Positions 28,382 through 36,730 of a stretch of DNA of 64,000 bases are shown in pieces. Position 1 is the first letter of the stretch; every line of letters starts with the position of its first letter. Made by a program: the position numbers and the translations under genes. The stretch spans positions 28,432-92,431 of the forward strand of contig NZ_CAMBTS010000001.1 of NCBI RefSeq assembly GCF_945870625.1. Reading direction: 5' to 3'. The DNA comes from Novosphingobium sp. Chol11 (GTDB taxonomy: Bacteria > Pseudomonadota > Alphaproteobacteria > Sphingomonadales > Sphingomonadaceae). The notes below the pieces were generated by a model. That model was not told where the DNA came from. It was given only the letters and a program-made list of their open reading frames with translations, and did no database searches.

Positions 28382-29681
28382 TGGCTCGTTTCTGATCAGC
28401 TACGATGTACTTCGCAGCCATGAAATAGTGGAACGCGGCCCAGAAGCCGGTCGGCGCGAGGATGAGCAGGGCCGAACGCAGCGAGGCGGCGTCTGGCCCG
28501 GCGGGGCCGGCGAAGTAATCGCTGAGCATGCCGACGCCTTGCGGCGCGACAATCAGGTTGAACACGTTGGCGACGAGCAGCGCGATGGCACTGAACATCG
28601 CGCGCATCTTGGGCGGTGCGAGGTTTTGGCCCAGCGCGAAGGCAGGGCCGATATAGAAATAGATGCCGGGGATGAAGAGCCAGAGCGAGATCGTCGCGAT
28701 GGTCAGGGAATTGGTGTAAAATGCCAGGATCGAGGGGATTGTGGCAGCCACCGTTACCCCGCCCAACAGGTAAACAATTCTGCGCGGATCGACATAGGAC
28801 GGCCGCCCCAGCAGCCAAGCGGTGAGCAGCGAAGCGCCGATGCCCATGACCAGATGAATCGGGCCGACGATGCCGCCCGCTGCGCCGACGTCAAGATTGT
28901 ACGTGCGCTGGAGGAATGTTGGCGTGAACCACATCAGCCCCCAACCCCACAGCGCCGAAACCCCGCTGCCCATCATCACATGCACTGCGGCGCGCTGGCT
29001 GAGGCAGAAGCGCAGGGTTTCGCCGAGCGTTGGCGATTTATCGGTATCGACCGCGTCAAGCTGACCGCGCTTCGGCTCTTTGATGGTCGCCATGATGAGC
29101 AGAGCAAGAAAGACGCCCGGAATGCCGAGCACGAGGAAGGCCGCCCGCCAGCCATATGCATGCGCGACTGCGCCTGCCATGTCCGCGCCGAGCCATGCGC
29201 CGATCGGTGCGCCGAGGCAGAAGATCGTCATCGCCATCGGGCGGCGCGCGGCCGGAAAGTAATCGCAGATGATCGACGTGCACGAAGGCGTTCCGCCCGC
29301 TTCGCCGATACCAACCCCCATGCGCGCGAGCAGCAAGGTCGTATAGCTGCGCGACAGGCCGCACAGCGTGGTCATCAGCGACCATAGCGTGATCGACACC
29401 GCGAGGAGATTGCGCCGGTTCGAGCGGTCGGCGATCCACGATAGCGGGATGCCCATGGTGACATAGAACAGCGCCAGTGAGACGCCGGTGAGGAAGGCGA
29501 CGCCGCCATCACTGAGATTTAGCTCGAGCCGGATTTCCTCGAGCACGGTGGACATGACGTAGCGATCGGCGATGTTGATCGTGTAGGCCAGCATCATGAT
29601 CATCAACACATACCAGCGCAGCGCAACCGAGGCGGATGCTTCGCCCGCCGGGACGTCATTTGCCGTGCCGATACCCGCCAT
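28344..29681 (-). CDS. MFS transporter (spinster-like)
   Basis: YTINIADR, IADRSNRRNLL, ARMGVGIGEAG motifs; 12-TM pattern. Confidence 0.9.
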   Translation of the reverse strand: MAGIGTANDVPAGEASASVALRWYVLMIMMLAYTINIADRYVMSTVLEEIRLELNLSDGGVAFLTGVSLALFYVTMGIPLSWIADRSNRRNLLAVSITLWSLMTTLCGLSRSYTTLLLARMGVGIGEAGGTPSCTSIICDYFPAARRPMAMTIFCLGAPIGAWLGADMAGAVAHAYGWRAAFLVLGIPGVFLALLIMATIKEPKRGQLDAVDTDKSPTLGETLRFCLSQRAAVHVMMGSGVSALWGWGLMWFTPTFLQRTYNLDVGAAGGIVGPIHLVMGIGASLLTAWLLGRPSYVDPRRIVYLLGGVTVAATIPSILAFYTNSLTIATISLWLFIPGIYFYIGPAFALGQNLAPPKMRAMFSAIALLVANVFNLIVAPQGVGMLSDYFAGPAGPDAASLRSALLILAPTGFWAAFHYFMAAKYIVADQKRAIGYVDELPRAVA

Positions 29682-30117
29682 ACCTTGAAGTCCTGTTCTG
29701 TTACGGTACCTGTTTCAGGCCTTGCGGCATGAACCTCCCGGTCCGGCGAATAACATTCGCTGTTCCCTTGCTTGAACGGCAGGCCGCAATAGTCAAGCGC
29801 GCGGTGGCAAAGGCGAAGCGATTGCGGAACGCTTGCTGCGATGCATTAGCAGCCACTTAGCGCGGCAATAAGCCCACTCTATGCAACTGCGGAGGGGTAC
29901 TGCCCATTCGCAGCGCCATGGCGCAAATGGCCGATTTGCGCGACTTACGCCGAAAATTCAGCGAAACCCGCCTGCGCGGCTAACATCCAAATGCGCACCA
30001 TAAGCAACTTTTGTGCTCTCAAATTGTTATTTTGCCATGGGTTCATGCTGAAATCCGATTGGAAGCGCACCGCCCGTTGGTTCACCTCCGCGATCAGGAT
30101 TGCATTGGACCAACGAC

Positions 30118-31332
30118 ATGAACGATTTTAGCCGAATTGGCGCACTCCTCGCCCAACGGCGCGAAGGCCATTGCCTGCCGCAAGGGCTGTACAATGGCCT
30201 CGACGCATTTGCGTTTGATCAAGAGGCGATTTTTGGCACCAGCTGGCTGATGGCCGGCTTCGAGTGCGAATTGCCAAGGCCCGGCAGTTATCTCTCGCAG
30301 ATGTACGGCAAGTGGCCGTTGCTGATCGTGCGCGGCAAAGACGGCGAGATCCGCGCGTTTCATAACAGCTGCCGCCATCGCGGCTCGATGATCTGCCCCC
30401 CGGGAAGTGGCTCCTCACCCAAACTGGTGTGCCCTTATCACCGCTGGACGTACGAGCTTGACGGCTCGTTGCTCTCCGCGATGCGCATGGGCGATGATTT
30501 CGAGAAAGACGAGCACGGGCTTCACCCGGTGCGGATCGAGCTGGTCGCGGGTGCGATGTTTATCTGCTTTTCGGACAACCCGCCGCCATTCTCCGATTTT
30601 GCGGCAAAGCTGGAAACCTATCTGGTGCCCGCCAATCTCAAAGATGGCAAGCTGGCCTTCCAGAGCACCATTTCCGAATCAGCGAACTGGAAGCTGGTGA
30701 TGGAAAACGGCCGCGAGTGTTATCATTGCGCGACCGGCCACCCTGAGCTTTCGCGCACTTTTCCGGTGGGCATGTCGAAGCATTTCGACGTGGCTGACGA
30801 TGCGCGTGCGCAGGCGTTTCTCGACGAGATGCAGGCCTGCGGCCTCGCCACCGAGGCCCTCGAGGGCAGCTGGTGGCAATTGGCGCGGTTCTCGCTGAAC
30901 CGCGATGTGGTCTCGCTTTCGATGGATGGTCAGCATGTCGTCAAAAAGCTGATGACCGATCTCAATGGCGGCTATGTCGGCTCGATGCGGTTGGCGGTCG
31001 ATCCGCACTGCTTCATGCATTCGGTGGCCGATCACACCTTCATGTTCAGCGCGATGCCAGTTTCCCCCTGCGAGACCCATGTTACGGGCAAGTGGATCGT
31101 GCACAAGGATGCGGTGGAAGGCGTGGACTACACGATCGAAAGCCTGTCAGACCTATGGACCCGCACCAATTTGCAGGACAAGGAATTGGCCGAAAACAAC
31201 CAGCTTGGCGTGAACAGCCCGGGTTACACCCCGGGGCCATACTCGCGTGATGCCGAGATGCTGGCGCTGCGCTTTACCGACTGGTACGTTGAGACCGCAC
31301 GCAAATTTGTCGAGACTCATGGCCAAGGATAA
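30118..31332 (+). CDS. Rieske oxygenase alpha subunit, GbcA/Stc2-like (betaine N-demethylase type)
   Basis: Rieske CRHRG...CPYHRWTY; NWKL..EN.RECYHC..GHPEL; TN.QD..LAENNQ.GV.SP.Y.PGPYS C-terminus typical of the glycine-betaine/stachydrine demethylase clade. Confidence 0.85.
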   Translation: MNDFSRIGALLAQRREGHCLPQGLYNGLDAFAFDQEAIFGTSWLMAGFECELPRPGSYLSQMYGKWPLLIVRGKDGEIRAFHNSCRHRGSMICPPGSGSSPKLVCPYHRWTYELDGSLLSAMRMGDDFEKDEHGLHPVRIELVAGAMFICFSDNPPPFSDFAAKLETYLVPANLKDGKLAFQSTISESANWKLVMENGRECYHCATGHPELSRTFPVGMSKHFDVADDARAQAFLDEMQACGLATEALEGSWWQLARFSLNRDVVSLSMDGQHVVKKLMTDLNGGYVGSMRLAVDPHCFMHSVADHTFMFSAMPVSPCETHVTGKWIVHKDAVEGVDYTIESLSDLWTRTNLQDKELAENNQLGVNSPGYTPGPYSRDAEMLALRFTDWYVETARKFVETHGQG

Positions 31333-32590
31333 CTCTGGGGATAACCCCGGACCATATCGCCCCGAAACGCTGGCCGTGGCCTTTGGCTTCGACCCGCAGA
31401 CGGCCATGGGCGCGGTCAAGCCGCCGGTCTATCTGACCTCGACTTTCATCTACCCGTCGGCTCAGCATGCCAAGGACGTCCACCGCGCATTCTTCGATGC
31501 AGAAGGCCCTTTGGTGGGGATAAGCAACCACATTTATTCGCGGCTCGGGCATCCCGGCCTCGATATTCTGGAAACGCGGCTGGCGGCGATTGATGGCGCA
31601 GAGGCGGCGGCTGCTTTTTCGAGCGGCATGGCCGCGCATTCTTCAATCGCGCTGGCATTCGTCCGCCCCGGCGAGAGCGTGCTCTATGGCCGGCCGATCT
31701 ATGGCGGCGTTGATATGCTTTATTCGCAGGTGATGCCGCAATTTGGCCTGCATTTCGAAAATTACCTTGATGGGACCGACCCTGAAGGTGTGCGCAAGGC
31801 CGCCGATGCGGCGCTGGCGAAGGGGCCGCTGGCGCTCATCGTCGCCGAAACTCCGGCCAATCCGACTGCCGCGATTGTCGATCTTGATTTGATGGTAGCG
31901 GTGGCCGACGAAGTTGGCACGCGGACGGGCAAGCGGCCGCTGGTGGTGGTGGACAACACATTGCTCGGCCCGTTTGCCCAGCGCCCGATCGAGCACGGCG
32001 TGGACCTGTGTATGACTTCTCTGACCAAATATTGCGCCGGGCACAGCGATTTGCTGGCGGGCGGCATCAGCGGGCGAACCGATCTGATCCATCAACTTCG
32101 CACTTTGCGCACCACGTGGGGCAATCATCTCGATCCATTTACATCGTGGCTGGTCGTGCGCAGCCTTGAATCGGCTTCGGTGCGGATCGAGCGCGCGATG
32201 AGCAACGCGCGGCTCGTGGCCGAATTCTTGCGCGATCATCCCAAGGTCGCCGGGGTCACGTATCTCGGCTTTCTGCCCGAAGGGTCGCGGCGGCGCGAAG
32301 TCTATGACCGGCAATGCAAGGGCGCTGGATCGACCTTCTCGTTCCATCTCCATGGCGGCGAGGCGGAATCGTTTCGCATGCTCGATCACCTGCGGTTGTT
32401 GAAATTGGCGGTCAGCCTCGGCGGCTCCGAAACACTGATCTGCCATTCGGCGACCACCACGCATTATGCCGTGCCGCGCGAGATGCGGCTGGCAGGCGGG
32501 ATCACCGATGGCACGATGCGGCTTTCGGTAGGACTGGAACATCCCGACGATCTGATTGCAGATCTGCGCCAAGCGCTTGAGGCGGTTTGA
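31319..32590 (+). CDS. Cys/Met metabolism PLP enzyme (cystathionine gamma-synthase / methionine gamma-lyase family)
   Basis: AVKPPVYLTSTF, YSRLGHP, FSSGMAA, ETPANPT, VDNT, SLTKY.AGHSD (PLP Lys), LAVSLGG.ETL, RLSVGLE motifs. Confidence 0.92.
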   Translation: MAKDNSGDNPGPYRPETLAVAFGFDPQTAMGAVKPPVYLTSTFIYPSAQHAKDVHRAFFDAEGPLVGISNHIYSRLGHPGLDILETRLAAIDGAEAAAAFSSGMAAHSSIALAFVRPGESVLYGRPIYGGVDMLYSQVMPQFGLHFENYLDGTDPEGVRKAADAALAKGPLALIVAETPANPTAAIVDLDLMVAVADEVGTRTGKRPLVVVDNTLLGPFAQRPIEHGVDLCMTSLTKYCAGHSDLLAGGISGRTDLIHQLRTLRTTWGNHLDPFTSWLVVRSLESASVRIERAMSNARLVAEFLRDHPKVAGVTYLGFLPEGSRRREVYDRQCKGAGSTFSFHLHGGEAESFRMLDHLRLLKLAVSLGGSETLICHSATTTHYAVPREMRLAGGITDGTMRLSVGLEHPDDLIADLRQALEAV

Positions 32591-32591
32591 A

Positions 32592-34052
32592 ATGCACGCA
32601 AATAACGGAATCGATGAATCCGCCATCAATGGCAGGTTTCCAGCGCCATCGCAGCGCTATGATCTGGTCGTGATCGGCGCTGGCCCGGCCGGCATCGCAG
32701 CGGCGATGGCCAGCTCGGGCAAGGGCAAGTCGGTGCTGCTGATCGATGAGCATCCTGTGCCCGGCGCGATGATGGGCAACGACGTGCCGCTGATGTTTGG
32801 CGGGCGGATGACCACTGCCACACTGAACCCCGAGCGCATGGTCGAAACCGTGTTCGTGACCGAGCCCGCGCTCGAAGCCGCGATGGAGGCGGGCGTGGAA
32901 GTGCTCTTGGGTACGTGCGCGTGGGGCGTCTACCGCAATGGACCGGGGATGGCCGCGTTGCCCGAGCGCGTGGTCGGCCTGGCCGATGCCAGCCGCGCCT
33001 GGATGGTCGGCTTCGATCACCTTGTGATGGCGACCGGCGCGCGCGATCTGGCTATCGGTTTTCCCGGCTGGAACCAGCCCGGTGTGATGGGCGCGGCGGC
33101 GCTGACCATGCTGCTGGCGCGCTATGAAGCGTTTGCGGGCAAGCGGGTGTTATTCATCGGTAGCCACGATCTCGCGCTCGAAACTGCGTTGCTCGCGCGC
33201 GACAAGGGCATCGATGTCGCAGGTCTGGTCGAAGTGCGTGGGTGCCCACAGGGCCGGGCCGAGCTGGTCAGCGCGCTGGAGCAGGCGCAGATCCCGTTTT
33301 TCCTTAATGACGCGATTGCGGAGGCCAAGGGCGGGCTCGACGGCGTATCGGGCGCAGTGCTGCGCTCCGGCGCTGCCATTGACTGCGATACAATCTGCCT
33401 TGCCTTTGGCACGGTGCCTGCCATCGAATTGGTCGATGCGATGGGCGGCGCGCGCACTCTGGATGGGATGCGCGGCGGCTATGTGCCGGGCATCGAGGAG
33501 GGCGTGAGCTTTGTCGGCGATTGCGCGGGCCTTGCCGATACCGGGTTTGACCATGTGGCTTACCGGATGGATTGGGCGCAGGCGCTGGGCGCGCTGAGCA
33601 AGCCCGATACCATCGTCTGCCAGTGCGAAGAAGTGACCCGCGCCGATCTTATCGGAGTGCAGCCGCCGAACTATCTGTCGCGCCCGGACCCGATGGCGGC
33701 GCGCTCGCTCGAAAGCCTGCTTGGCGATGGCCCAGCCAATCAGGACCAGATCAAGCGGCTGACCCGCGCGGGCATGGGCGTGTGCCAGGGCCGCCGCTGC
33801 CGCGATCAGGTGGCGATGATCCTGGCGCTGGAATCGAACAAGCCGTTTGGCACCATTCCGCTCGCCTCGCACCGTGCGCCGGTTCGCCCGATCCCGCTTA
33901 AAGTGCTCGCCGATTGGGATGAAGACCCCACCATGCGCGCGGGCTGGGATGTGTGGTTTGGCATTCCCACCCAGTGGACGCCCTACCGCGACATCGGCAC
34001 GCCGCGCGAAAAGGTGCATCAGGACATGATTTCCGGGAACATGAGCCTGTGA
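32592..34052 (+). CDS. FAD/NAD-binding oxidoreductase with C-terminal BFD-like [2Fe-2S] domain (HcnB/OoxA-like alpha subunit)
   Basis: VIGAGPAG, ATGARD...FPGW..PGVM, CQCEEVT...KRLTRAGMG.CQGRRC, R.PVRPI motifs. Confidence 0.85.
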   Translation: MHANNGIDESAINGRFPAPSQRYDLVVIGAGPAGIAAAMASSGKGKSVLLIDEHPVPGAMMGNDVPLMFGGRMTTATLNPERMVETVFVTEPALEAAMEAGVEVLLGTCAWGVYRNGPGMAALPERVVGLADASRAWMVGFDHLVMATGARDLAIGFPGWNQPGVMGAAALTMLLARYEAFAGKRVLFIGSHDLALETALLARDKGIDVAGLVEVRGCPQGRAELVSALEQAQIPFFLNDAIAEAKGGLDGVSGAVLRSGAAIDCDTICLAFGTVPAIELVDAMGGARTLDGMRGGYVPGIEEGVSFVGDCAGLADTGFDHVAYRMDWAQALGALSKPDTIVCQCEEVTRADLIGVQPPNYLSRPDPMAARSLESLLGDGPANQDQIKRLTRAGMGVCQGRRCRDQVAMILALESNKPFGTIPLASHRAPVRPIPLKVLADWDEDPTMRAGWDVWFGIPTQWTPYRDIGTPREKVHQDMISGNMSL

Positions 34053-35188
34053 GCGCGGCGATGAAGGTAGTCGTGGTCGGGGGCGGGGTGACGGGTCTGA
34101 GCGCCGCATGGTGGATGGCGCGTTCGGGCGTGCATGTCACGGTGCTCGACAAGTTCATCGTCGGCTGGGAAGCTTCAGGCCGCAACGGCGGCGGGGCATC
34201 GCATTATCAAAGCCCGCTGTTTGAAGAAGAGCAGCGGATGTGGCCGCAGATGGACGCGTTGCTTGGTTATCCGACCGAGCACCAGAAAGAGCGCATTGTC
34301 ATCGCAGTGACCGAGCGCCAACTGGGCCAATATCACTACATCGCCAAGATGAACAACGAGATGGGCCACCGGGTCGATCTGCTCGATGCCAAACAGGCGC
34401 AGACCGCGGTGCCGCTGGCGGGTGAAAACTGCCTTGGCGGGATGCAATATCGCTTCGGCGGCCACGCCAATCCCCAGCGCACGGTGCAGGCTTATGCTTG
34501 GGCGCTGCAGGATCTGGGCGGGCGCATCGTGCAGCACAGCCCGGTCACCGGTTTTAAGACGCAGGGCGGCAAGGTGACGGTGGTCGAGTCTGCGACTGGG
34601 CGCTACGAATGCGATGCGGTTGTCGTCGCGGCGGGCCCGCAGATCAGCGGCTTGATGGCGCAGCTGGGCGTGGATGTGCCTCTTGCGGCGGCGCGCGCCG
34701 AGATGATCGTGACCGAACCTGCGCCGATGATGCCGCTGGGCGGGGTGGACGGCAACGGGCTTTATGGCCGCCAGACAATGCGCGGCAATCTGGCCTATGG
34801 CGGCGGCCCGCACGAGTGGATCGATGTCGATGCGACTGGCCCGGCGGCGCGGCCGACTTCGCCGTTGACGCGCAATCTGGCGCGGCGCGTGGCGGAGTTG
34901 CTGCCCAAAGCAGCGCACCTCAGCGTGATCCGCAGCTGGGCAGGCGTCATCGAGAATACCCCCGATGGCCGCCCGATCATCGACCGGATGCGCGATCCTG
35001 AAAACGTCGTGGTCGCGACGATGTCGGGCGTCGGGTTTGGGCTTTCGCCCGCTTCGGGCCATGCCATTCGCGATCTGGCGATCGAGGGGCATTGCACCTT
35101 TACCGATATTGGCAAGCTGTCGCTCTCGCGCTTTGATGGCATTGCGCCTGATTGGCGCGCGCAGCGGGGGTGGCTTGCAGCCGCATGA
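34049..35188 (+). CDS. FAD-dependent amino-acid oxidase (HcnC/OoxB/DAO-like beta subunit)
   Basis: VVVGGGVTGLS, ASGRNGGG, G.ANPQ, WAG....TPDG.PII, G.GLSPA.G motifs; GTG start overlaps the upstream stop (alternative ATG at 34061). Confidence 0.85.
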   Translation: MSAAMKVVVVGGGVTGLSAAWWMARSGVHVTVLDKFIVGWEASGRNGGGASHYQSPLFEEEQRMWPQMDALLGYPTEHQKERIVIAVTERQLGQYHYIAKMNNEMGHRVDLLDAKQAQTAVPLAGENCLGGMQYRFGGHANPQRTVQAYAWALQDLGGRIVQHSPVTGFKTQGGKVTVVESATGRYECDAVVVAAGPQISGLMAQLGVDVPLAAARAEMIVTEPAPMMPLGGVDGNGLYGRQTMRGNLAYGGGPHEWIDVDATGPAARPTSPLTRNLARRVAELLPKAAHLSVIRSWAGVIENTPDGRPIIDRMRDPENVVVATMSGVGFGLSPASGHAIRDLAIEGHCTFTDIGKLSLSRFDGIAPDWRAQRGWLAAA

Positions 35189-36453
35189 ACAGGTATTCGG
35201 TTTTTGGCCTGATGCGCGGCGCGCTGGGCGGGCAGAAGCACTGGCAGCCCGCGTGGCGCGATCCAGAGCCGCGCGCGAGCTATGATGTCGTGATTATCGG
35301 CGGCGGCGGGCATGGGCTGGCCACCGCATATTACCTCGCCAAGGTCCACGGTGTGCGCAATGTCGCGGTGCTGGAGAAAAGCTGGATCGGCGGCGGCAAT
35401 ACCGGGCGCAACACTACCTTGGTGCGCTCCAACTACCGGCTCGCGCCGCTGCACAACCTGTTCGATTTCGGGCTGAAGATGTGGGAGCATCTTTCCGACG
35501 AATTGAATTACAACGTGATGTTTTCCCCGCGCGGCGCGATGTTCCTCGGCCATTCGGATGCGGACATGACCATGCTGGCGCAGCGCGGCGATGCCTTGCG
35601 CTGCGACGGGATCGATGCCGAATTGCTCACGCGCGATGAGGTTGCCAAAGTCGAGCCGTTGATCGACATGTCGCGCACCGCGCGTTTCCCCATCGAAGGC
35701 GCGCTGATGCAGCCGCGTGGGGGCACGGCGCGGCATGATGCAGTTGCATGGGGTTATGCGCGTGCCGCCGATGTGCTGGGTGTCGACATCATCCAGAAAT
35801 GCGAAGTGACCGGGTTTGTGCGTGATGGCGCCGATGGTTCGGGGGCGGTGGTCGGCGTGGAGACCACGCGCGGGCGGATCGGCGCTGGCCGCGTCGGCAT
35901 CTGCGTAGCAGGGCATAGCGGGCAAGTGGCGGGGCTGGCGGGCCTCAAGCTACCGATAGAATCGCAGACCTTGCAGGCGGTGGTGACCGAGGGCGTGAAA
36001 CCGATGGTGAACAGCTCGGTGATGTCGCAATCGCTTCATTGCTACGTCAGTCAGTCGGACAAGGGCGGCATCGTGATGGGCGGCGATCCCGACAACTGGC
36101 CAAGCTACGCACGGCGCGGCCAGCCAACGGTGATCGAGACGGCGATTGCCCAGACTATCGCGATCATGCCCGCGCTCTCGCGGCTGCGCATGCTGCGCAC
36201 GTGGTCGGGCGTGACAGACATGAGCTTTGATGGCGCGCCGATCATCGGGCCGACGCCGGTGCGCAACCTCTTCATCAACGGCGGCTGGTGCTATGGCGGG
36301 TTCAAGGCAACGCCTGCTTCGGGCTGGACGTATGCGCATACTTTGGCAACCGGGGCGGCGCATCCGCTGAACGCGCCGTTCGCGCTCGATCGGTTCGTGC
36401 GCGGAGCCACTGTCGATGAAACCGGGGTCGGCCCGATGCCGAACCACCGCTAG
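35185..36453 (+). CDS. soxB: Sarcosine oxidase subunit beta family
   Basis: YDVVIIGGGGHGLATAYYLA, GGGNTGRNTT.VRSNY, GGTARHDAVAWGYA, GWCYGGFKATP motifs. Confidence 0.9.
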   Translation: MNRYSVFGLMRGALGGQKHWQPAWRDPEPRASYDVVIIGGGGHGLATAYYLAKVHGVRNVAVLEKSWIGGGNTGRNTTLVRSNYRLAPLHNLFDFGLKMWEHLSDELNYNVMFSPRGAMFLGHSDADMTMLAQRGDALRCDGIDAELLTRDEVAKVEPLIDMSRTARFPIEGALMQPRGGTARHDAVAWGYARAADVLGVDIIQKCEVTGFVRDGADGSGAVVGVETTRGRIGAGRVGICVAGHSGQVAGLAGLKLPIESQTLQAVVTEGVKPMVNSSVMSQSLHCYVSQSDKGGIVMGGDPDNWPSYARRGQPTVIETAIAQTIAIMPALSRLRMLRTWSGVTDMSFDGAPIIGPTPVRNLFINGGWCYGGFKATPASGWTYAHTLATGAAHPLNAPFALDRFVRGATVDETGVGPMPNHR

Positions 36454-36466
36454 GTCTGGCGCTGAG

Positions 36467-36730
36467 ATGTATCTGATCGATTGCCCCCATTGCGGCCCGC
36501 GCGCGCAGCTTGAATTCACCTATGAGCGCACGATGGATTCCATCGCGCCTGCAGGTGCGGACCCGCAAGAGGCGATGCGCGTGCTCTATAGCCGCGCCAA
36601 TCCGATGGGCGCGGATGACGAGGTTTGGCGGCATACTTACGGCTGCCGTGCGTGGCTGGTGCTGACGCGCAACCGCATGACGCACAGCATCGATGCGGTG
36701 CGCGCTGTTGGGCCGGAGACTCTGGCATGA
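36467..36730 (+). CDS. soxD: Sarcosine oxidase subunit delta
   Basis: I.CPHCGPR...EF.Y ... R.NP.G...E.W.H..GC..W....RN Zn-binding pattern. Confidence 0.88.
   Translation: MYLIDCPHCGPRAQLEFTYERTMDSIAPAGADPQEAMRVLYSRANPMGADDEVWRHTYGCRAWLVLTRNRMTHSIDAVRAVGPETLA

Noticed and set aside
32592-35188. Hydrogen cyanide synthase (hcnBC)
   Set aside because: No hcnA subunit, and the context is catabolic. The same folds occur in opine and hydroxyproline dehydrogenases, so cyanogenesis is not supported.
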